From the human T2T-CHM13v2.0 reference genome, Homo sapiens: 64,000 nt of DNA. The notes beneath the pieces are model-generated. The model made no database searches. It worked only from the letters and a program-made list of their open reading frames with translations, and had not been told where the DNA came from. Below, one piece after another: positions 55,704 through 64,000 of the stretch (the stretch's first letter is position 1; the number at the start of each line of letters is the position of its first letter). The position numbers and the translations under genes are program-made. The stretch is from NCBI RefSeq assembly GCF_009914755.1, contig NC_060933.1; one strand, given 5' to 3'.

Positions 55704-58414
55704 AAACCCCAGAGGTCAAGGTATCAGAAAACATAGGAAATATTATGTTCATGCCCCTGAAAAGTGCAGTCAATCAATTCTCTTTCTAGGTTTTATTTAT
55801 TTATGTGAATTCAAAGTGTTTATTAAACAGATAAAAGCCTCTCAACTTTTTGCTTTTCCTACCTCTCTCAGGCCAAAAATTCTGATTTTGCAGGATTTTC
55901 CTGCTACAGTTTTTATATAATGAAGCATGGGCCAGTAAAAAGCGTGGGATAGAATTATGACTCCCACCTTAATTTGTTCAATTTCATGAGCTATTTGATG
56001 CCTTCCACAATGCAATTTTAATGAGTGAGCAAACCCCAATATGGGATTTAACTAACTTTTCTCTCTTAGTTCCTTTTTCTACTCTCAGATATGGCTAGCT
56101 TTTTCGGTTGCCAAGAATATATGCCCTCATTACTTACTCAGGTGGTTTAAAAGTGACTGCAGGAAGCAAATGACAAGTATTTAGAAAAAGGAGTTGTCTG
56201 ATCCATTTACATGGGGTACTCATTTGAAGGCTTTATACAACCTTCCTCACATCCCTATTACCATCATCATCACACAATAGGATGGAATGGAGTAGGTTGA
56301 TAAGATGTAGTCAAAGGCTCCAGTCTTTCTACTTTTCAGGAATACTTGTCTAATCGTAAAAGAAATGCACTGATTAAACCATGTGAAAACTGTGAAAGAA
56401 GATGGGCCTTAGTGAATAGTTCTCTAGAAAGAGACGGCACCCATCTCCTTATTATCTGTCTGGCTGACCTGCCAAACGGAAACATAGTTTGTAAGTATAA
56501 GACATTCTTTGGCCAGGTTTTAGGACATACATTGGCTATAATACAGAGAAGCAGGGTACAACATGGTAAGTGATTTCACTAGTGAGGGCTTTATGCAAAA
56601 TAACTGACTGTTTGGCAAACAACAAAAAGTTCATCTGAGGATGGGTATGATATTTGGCATATGACCCTACCTTTGAGACTTGATGATAGCCCCCTGAGGA
56701 ATATAAAGGAAACTTGGATTTCTCAAATATGTTTTTAATTAAAGGCAACTCAGTGGAGTATTAAAAAAACAAAACCTCACTTCGTAACTTTAAGTAATTG
56801 TCTCTCTAGATCTCTGTTTTTTAACCTATAAAACTGATGCTAAATAAATGAGTTGAGTTAATTTCCCAGCTCTTACCTCTCTTGAAATGCATTTTATTCA
56901 AAATCAATGAAGTGTGTAGGAAAATCAGGTCAGTGGATGTATACATAATCACATGACTTCACATACCTCATAATGGGTTTTGCCTTATTTATAATTCAAA
57001 GCAAATTACAAACAAAGAGGTTAATTACAACATCTCACACAGTTAATGCGGTGTGCTTAAATGTGGATGTGAGGGTACTGCAAAAGGTAAGCTCCTCACG
57101 GTAAATTTACCAAGTCTACATTTCACATATGGCAAATTTCTTATGAGTAAGGCTTTAAATCAGGAATTTTGCATAGCATGCGTATATGTTGATATTACAG
57201 GAAGTCTTTACTTTTTTATAATTTATTTTGGCTGTAATAAAATCTGCAACTCACATTTGTATGCAATAAGATATAGGCTCCACTTCTTCAAGGTCTTTAA
57301 CTACCATCTTTACTAGCGCAGGAAAATGTTATAAAAATGTGTGATTTGTGGGTGCTCAGTATAGAGATGAGGTAAGGGGCAGGGTGGCATAATGGCTGTG
57401 TTATATAATAGATGTGTAATTTGGTTTACTTGATAACCATTTCTCACTACGAATTAAATTAAACTCATGTAGAAGTCATAACTTTTGAAAATCATAAATA
57501 TAAAACTATAGAGAAAAATATAGCCACGCATCTCATTCTTTCATAGTAATATCGGCCCACACAAGTCTGCTAAGCAATGTGTGTACTGAGCACAATGAAA
57601 GATGACACTGAGGGCTTGCTTTCTTTTACTCTTTCTGTACTTTTTCTTTTCCTCTACATTTTTTTTTCATTATGAGGTGTGCCTACTATTCAGCAAACAA
57701 TTACAGATGACAAACTATTGTACTAGTTCTGTCATGATTAGCTGAAGAATATGCTGGCAGAGACACGAATAACGCTCAGAATTTTTCACTCAATCTTCTA
57801 GTGCAGTATTACTATTAATTCATTCTAGAATTATACAGACATTAGCATGGTGCATAATTATGGTAGTAATTTTCTGTAATATTATAATGTCAAATAAATG
57901 TTAGGATTGCTATTACAAAAGAGGAAAGATAGAAATTTATCTTATTCTAAACTTCATCATCAATGAATTAGTCACCTCAATTGCTGTCCAAAAAGTCTAC
58001 CTATAGAAGTTATCTAGAAAATACCACAACCTACATAGCAATAACAATTGCTGCATAAAGTTATTTCTAAACAAGTAATTGTAGCAGATATTTGCAGCGT
58101 AATTCTGACGAAGAAAAGAGAGGACACAAATTTGGATGTAAATGTGCTTTGCTGTATGTCATAAGCATGTGAATGAAAGGTCAAGGATTTATTATTTTAA
58201 AAGAATTCAAGTGGGGAGGGATGTTTTATAGTGTAAATAAATAATCATGCCCTTATTTAATTTTAAGTTCAGAATTCTCAAATTTTATTTAAAATGCAGC
58301 ACATTTGTATGAGATGTAAATAGAAAATCTGAGAAGTTTGTCTATAATGCATTACCTAATAAACATTAATTCATTTATCTATTATGTATTTACCAGATAT
58401 ACACCTACCATGTC

Positions 58415-58745
58415 TTTTGTTCAGAATAGACTAGATCTTTCTGCCGGAACAAATAACACTTATCTTATTGACTTAAAACAACACAAAAGGCATATTTCCT
58501 ATACACTTTTCGTATTGGTAACAGGGTGATTATGATCTCTGCTCAGTGTCATGCCACCTTCCCTTTGGGATCCAGGCTGATAAAGCAGTCACTATAGCTA
58601 CAACATGCTAGATGTTGTGGTAGAATGGAAAGGTAATATGGTCAGGCATGCATGTCTCTTAAAGCTTCTACTCAGAAGTGATAGGTGTCACCATGAGTCA
58701 CATGTCATTGGCCAATGCAAATCACATGATGTGAGCCTGACCTTT
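58415..58745 (-). mobile_element. Ancient MLT1K-like LTR
   Basis: gggatccaggctga...ctcttaaagcttctactcagaagtga...cattggccaatgcaaatcacatg. Confidence 0.5.
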
Positions 58746-58795
58746 CATCTGAGAAATGAAACAAACATAATTTAATTTTCGTGTGTTTAGATATA

Positions 58796-59335
58796 TGGGC
58801 ATACTTCATTTTAATGTGCTTTGCTTTATTGCACTTAGCAAATTAACTGTATTTTTTATAAGTTGAAATTTTGTGACAATCCTGTGTTTAGTAAGTCTCT
58901 TGGCTCCATTTTTCCAACAGCACGTGCTCACTGTTTGTCTCTGTGTCACATTTTGTTAATTTTCATAATATTTAAAACTTTTGCTTCTTATGGATAAGCA
59001 AAGAAAGTGGCTTCTTGAAAGAAAGTCTACTCCTGGTGAAGATACCGTGAACATTGTTGAAAAGACAACAAATAATTTAGAATATTACATAAACTTAGTT
59101 AACAATGCAGTGGCAGTATGTAAGAGGATCAGCTCCAATTATGGAAGTTCTACTGTGGGTAAATGCTATCAAACAGCATCACATGCTAGAGAGAAACCTT
59201 TCATGAAAAGAAGAGTGGGCTGGGTGTGGTGGCTCACATTTGTAATCCCACACTTTGGGAAGCCAACGTGGGAGGATCGCTTGAGCTCAGGAGTTTCAGA
59301 CCAGCCTGGGCACCATGGCAAGAGTCCGTTCCTAC

Positions 59336-59366
<31 letters not shown>

Positions 59367-59963
59367 CACGTATATATATATATATACGTATATATATATA
59401 CGTATATATATATATATACGTGTATATATATATATATGTAGCCAAGTGTGGTGGTGTGCTTGTAGTCCCAAGTATTCAGGAGGCTGAGGTGGGAGGAGCA
59501 CGTGAGCTCAGGAGGTCAAGGCTGCAGTGAGTTGTGATTGCTCCACTGCACTCCAGCCTTGGTGACAGAGTAAGACCTTGTTTCAAAAAAAAAAGAAAAA
59601 AAAAGTCAATTTATGCAGCAAACTTCATTGTTGTCTTATTTTTAAATACTGCTATAGCCACCCCAACTTTCAGAAACCACCACCCCATTAGTCAGCAGTC
59701 ATCAACATCCAGGCAAGACCTTCCACCAGCTAGAAGATTATGACTTATTGAAGACTCAAATGATCATTAGAATTTTCCAGCAACAAAGTAGTTTAAAATT
59801 AAGATCTGTACATTGTTTTTAGACATAATGTTATTGCATACATAATATACTACAGTATAGTGTAAAAATCATTTTTATATGCACTGAAAAAACAAAAAGT
59901 TAGTGTGACTTGCTTTATCATGGCAGTCTGAACTGAACTCACAATATCTCTGAGTTATGCCTG
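58796..59963 (+). mobile_element. Tigger1 DNA transposon, internally deleted, both ends present, split by an AluJ
   Basis: TIR-like ta|tgggcatacttc and gagttatgcctg; 58981-59150 encodes LLMDKQRKWLLERKSTPGEDTVNIVEKTTNNLEYYINLV, matching the recalled Tigger1 transposase C-terminus. Confidence 0.92.
59217..59594 (+). mobile_element. AluJ with an expanded (TA)n palindromic linker
   Basis: J-type arms; imperfect TSD gaaaagaagagt / gaaaaaaaaagt at 59205-59216 and 59595-59606. Confidence 0.92.
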
Positions 59964-60009
59964 AACTTTCCTGTTCCTAAGTTAAATAATACAGGAAAGC
60001 AAAAGTCAC

Positions 60010-60392
60010 TTTGTTACTTGTCCCAGAAAATACGTGTGCCTGAGAAATGTGATTGTTAATGAAATACAAGATCTTATTTATCAAAATTAAGAGCTCACTG
60101 CTAAAAGTGACTTCAAGATCTTTACTTTCTTGTGTCCACGAATACAAGCTATTAAAGCTATTATGTCATAGACACTTCCCAATCTCAGCTAACTCCCCTT
60201 TTGCAGTACACACCTTGAAATCATCCAACTCAGGTCCTAAAGCCCTATCAATATTCTCCACTGACTTCCTTCCTCTCGCACATTATTAAGACCCTATCAG
60301 GATAGTATTCTTTCTTACTGTAGCTAGTCAGAGAGACTTTGCTTTCCTTGATAAGTTTTTCTGTCAATCATTTTGAGGAGTAGGCATTCAAT
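60010..60392 (+). mobile_element. Old ERV1-type LTR (MER90/MER110-like), uncertain
   Basis: ttaagaccctatcaggatagtattctttcttactgtag...ctttgctt...ttttgaggagt resembles 3' ends of this group. Confidence 0.35.
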
Positions 60393-61182
60393 GTATGTCT
60401 ACTTTCTACACTTTGAAGAAAACAAGAAACTGAATTGAATTTTAATGTTAGGTGTTGTGATGGACATTAGAGATATAGAATTCAATAGGGTCTAGGTTTT
60501 GGCATGTGGTAGTTGTTTTATGACATTTGTTAAATGAAGAAATAAAATATAGATCAAATGGCAATACTGTAAAAACTTTATGTTGTTAAGAAAATGATGA
60601 TAATAGAGTTAGCACAATAAATAACAAAGGTATATATTCATACAAACTTACTGCTGTGCAATCCAATATTTTAACTTGGTTAATGTTTTCTAATTCACTT
60701 GTTTCTTGGATTTGTGAGTAAGAGTAACCCACAGATGGGTGGATAGCTTCTCCTAAATATCAGAGTGAAACAATTTCATAATCACTGGAGAGCTTCCAAA
60801 AGAATATTTAGTCTAGAAGAGAATAATATATTAGATTTTTTCTTAAGTTTCTTTCTTTTTTATATTTCTAAATCCCCAAGGACATGATATTCTTACCCCT
60901 GATACAATGAAGATGTACGATAAAAATTTTTGAAAGAATGAATAAACAGCAATCCCATTCATATTGTGGCATATGTTGTGCTGACACTTTATGCAAAATC
61001 CCGTGCTGGTTTTAAAGATCCAAAGATGAATAGTGTATAGACACTTGAGGCACCTTTGTAAAAGGAATAAAGTCTCAATAAAGTCTAGAAACCACCATGG
61101 TTTCTAGAATATGTGACATACCTCTGCCTTCTCATAACCCTACATGGCTAAGCATATTTTCTAAAGAAATAATTCTATGACA

Positions 61183-61410
61183 AGCAACATGGTATAATGG
61201 AAAGATTTCTGAAGTTAGAATGTGTTTCCAATGCCAACACTCACATTTATTTGATTCTCGATGTGAATTTTGGCATCTCTATGCCCCCTGATGTTGGTTT
61301 CCTCATTTGCAAAATGAGAGTTGATATTTATATTATAGTTGTGTTGGGAGAATGTGAATATGGAATACTTGGGAAACAATTTAGCATTATGCGCAGTTAC
61401 ACCTGGCAAG
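61183..61410 (+). mobile_element. MIR SINE
   Basis: gcaacatggtataatggaaaga ... gtttcctcatttgcaaaatgag. Confidence 0.7.
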
Positions 61411-61494
61411 TTGTTTTTGTGTTCTTCACTTCTACTATCTCTTCTTTTTGTCTCTTATCTGTCACTCTTTATCCTCCTCTGGCATTTTATATCC

Positions 61495-61655
61495 AGCAGT
61501 GAATTGTAATCTTATATTCACTTGTTTGCCTACTTCCCTTAGCACCTTCTCTGAGGACAGGACTACTTTATTCATCTTTACATCCCATACATTTAGTACA
61601 GAGTCTAGTGTATAGTAGATGGTTAATAAATCACTTGAAAACGAAATGAATGAAG
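61495..61655 (+). mobile_element. L2 3' end
   Basis: tgaggacagggact...ttcatcttt...tagtagatggttaataaat...gaatgaa. Confidence 0.7.
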
Positions 61656-62328
61656 AAAAGGATATGTTAATTAATGAGTGAATAAATATCTAAATAAAAT
61701 AAATGAGCTGTGGAATATAACAATTGTCAACAGAGTGCTCTGTTCAATCATTGAAGTAAGAGAGAATCACTGGCCTCTCTCTTCTGTGTAACTTTTTTGA
61801 AGCTAACGATGTAATATGTGTAGCAAAGGTTAAAATCAGCACTGGTGTTTTCCCCAACTTCTTTGATAATAGGAATTACTTGAGTACTTATGAAATATAC
61901 AGCTTCCATGACCTTTGTCGTGAAAAGTTTAATTTTTCAGCCCAGGATATCGCTAATAAATTTGTATTTCTAGGAAGCACTTCTAATCAGTATATAACAT
62001 GAGTAAAACTGGGGTATTGAGAGGTTTAGTAACATACTCAGGTCACAGGACTATATATGTAATAGCTGAGATTTGAAATTTGGAAAATTGATTTTTAAGT
62101 CTGTGTTCTTAATTTTTCATAATTATTTCTTCCCTAACAATAAAAACCTTATACTTGTACAATGCTACACAATTTAAAATGTGTTACATTTACGACTGCA
62201 GAGAACAAGTGATACTTACAGAGATCCATTAAGAGTATTTCAGAGTAAGCACCACATTTAGGTTTGAATTTTGTAGTACATGATGGGACAGTACCATGTA
62301 GTTATTGACCAGACTTTTCAAAAGCTAT

Positions 62329-62797
62329 CATATTAGTTTCCTATTGCTGCTGTAAAAAAATCACATCCTTGGATGAACACACACAAATGTATTGTCTTAC
62401 AGATCTGGAGGTCAGAATGCCAAAAGAGTCTTATGAGGCTATAATCAAGCAATCAAGATGTCAGCAGAGCTGGTTTCTCATGAAGCCTTTAGAGAAGAGA
62501 CCATTCCTTGCCTCTTCCATCTTCTAGAGGCTGCTAGGATAGCTTGGCTTGTGGCTGTAGAACTTTAGTCTCTTCTTCCATTGTCATATTGCCTTTTCCT
62601 CTTTTGTTTCTCCTTCCACCCTCTTACAAGGACCCATGTGATTACATTAGGCCCACCCAACTAATCTAGAATAATCTCCTCAATTCAAGATCTTTAATTT
62701 AAATCACGTCTACAAGGCTGCTTTTGCCATGTAAAGTGATATATTTACAGGGTCTAGGATGTGGATATCTTTGGTGACCATTTTCAGGCCTACCACA
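62329..62797 (-). mobile_element. MLT1C-like MaLR solo LTR
   Basis: tattagtttcctattgctgctgtaa ... tctggaggtcagaa ... ttttgccatgtaaagt ... cctaccaca. Confidence 0.88.
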
Positions 62798-64000
62798 CCA
62801 AGAGCAGCATAAAGGGATTCCACAAAGGACAGTTTGTTAGCCTAGATGTCACTGAATCTCCTGCATTGCATATGCCAATAAAAGGATGGCGATTAGGTAA
62901 AATAAGTTTAATATTTTGGCTGTAACAGTTGTAGAAATGAAAACATAGGTTCTGATTTGAACAACATACCCTCCCTTTATGCCCAGGAAAAACAGTACAC
63001 GCACTTACTCTAAGTCATCAATAGGTTTTCTGTCTTACATGGAAAGCACTGTCATGCTATCTCAAGGTAAAACCTCTCCAGGCATTGGGTGTTCAATGCT
63101 GTGCTGAAAGCATAAGTCAAAGTAACTTTTGTATTCCAGAAGAGTTCCCTGAGACTCTATCTGCAAATTAATAACAAATCACCCAGAATTTGAAATCATA
63201 AGAAATTACTTAGCAAGAGTTTACAGCTGCAAATCATGCCCAGTTGAAAGGTTCTACCTTTCTGAGACAGAAGCGTTTGCATAACAGAGAAAGTTCTGTA
63301 AAGAACTGCCCTATATTTAAGAATGAGTCCTCCTCTCATGTTAAAAATACCTTCAGCAACAAATTTTAGAAAGAAACTGAATCACAGTCAGCACAAGGAG
63401 TTGCTGGAGGTCGTAAAGGACTAAAATCTGTAATAATTTGCATATCTCTATCAGATAATAAAAAACAAAATGTTAACTGAAACAGTTACCGTTTATATAA
63501 TCTCAGTGACATTGATCAAATTGGGAGCATGCCAAATAAAAACATGTTTTCTTATTAATTCCTTAATTGTTTTTCTCATTTTGCAAATTTGAGTTAATAC
63601 ATTGACAAGAAGATACAGTTTACTTTGCAGTAGAAACCAATGTGAATTTGCTAACCAGATGTGGGCTGCTAAATAGCAGTCACTTTTGAACTAATTTTCC
63701 TAGGCATTCTATTTATTTGTTAGTTAAGCATGAAGAAAATGTGGTGTTTTTCTTTCACAAAGATCCATTAAAAGTATTTCCAGGGTAAGGACCACTGTAG
63801 GGTTTGGATGTTGCAGTGTATGATGGGGCAGCAATGAGCATCCTGTGGATGACTTCTGAGCAGTGAAATTAAGTTGTTTGCAAAGCTGTCTTTGGGATCA
63901 AGGCAAATGAAGTGATCTGCAACTACTGGATGCTTGGCATAGCCCTGGGACATTACACGGAGTGCCTTGGAGGTGTTACTTCAAGCAAATCACTTAAACA

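Noticed and set aside
63815-63865. Possible C/D-box snoRNA (atgatg...ctga)
   Set aside because: The C box is imperfect, the C-to-D distance is only about 40 nt, and there is no convincing terminal stem.

Overview
This is an AT-rich primate (human-like) genomic window, intergenic or deep-intronic in character. It holds no protein-coding exon, RNA gene, CRISPR array or prokaryotic-type system that I can support. Roughly half of it is recognisable interspersed repeat: 9 Alus (most with visible TSDs), old L1M/L2/MIR fragments, a two-LTR THE1D-type MaLR provirus nested in a long L1M, several solo MaLR/ERVL/ERV1 LTRs, and DNA transposons (Tigger1/2/3, MER2, MER5, MER58, MER63). The longer ORFs in the track are repeat-derived or chance. 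Subfamily names are from recalled consensus sequences, not a database search, and boundaries without a stated TSD/TIR are approximate. I found no evidence of a new biological system. The most unusual structures are three inverted duplications or palindromes, each tied to a (TA)n tract (16461-17331, 18881-19014, 59352-59437), and a tail-less, TSD-less AluY fragment (52246-52464).
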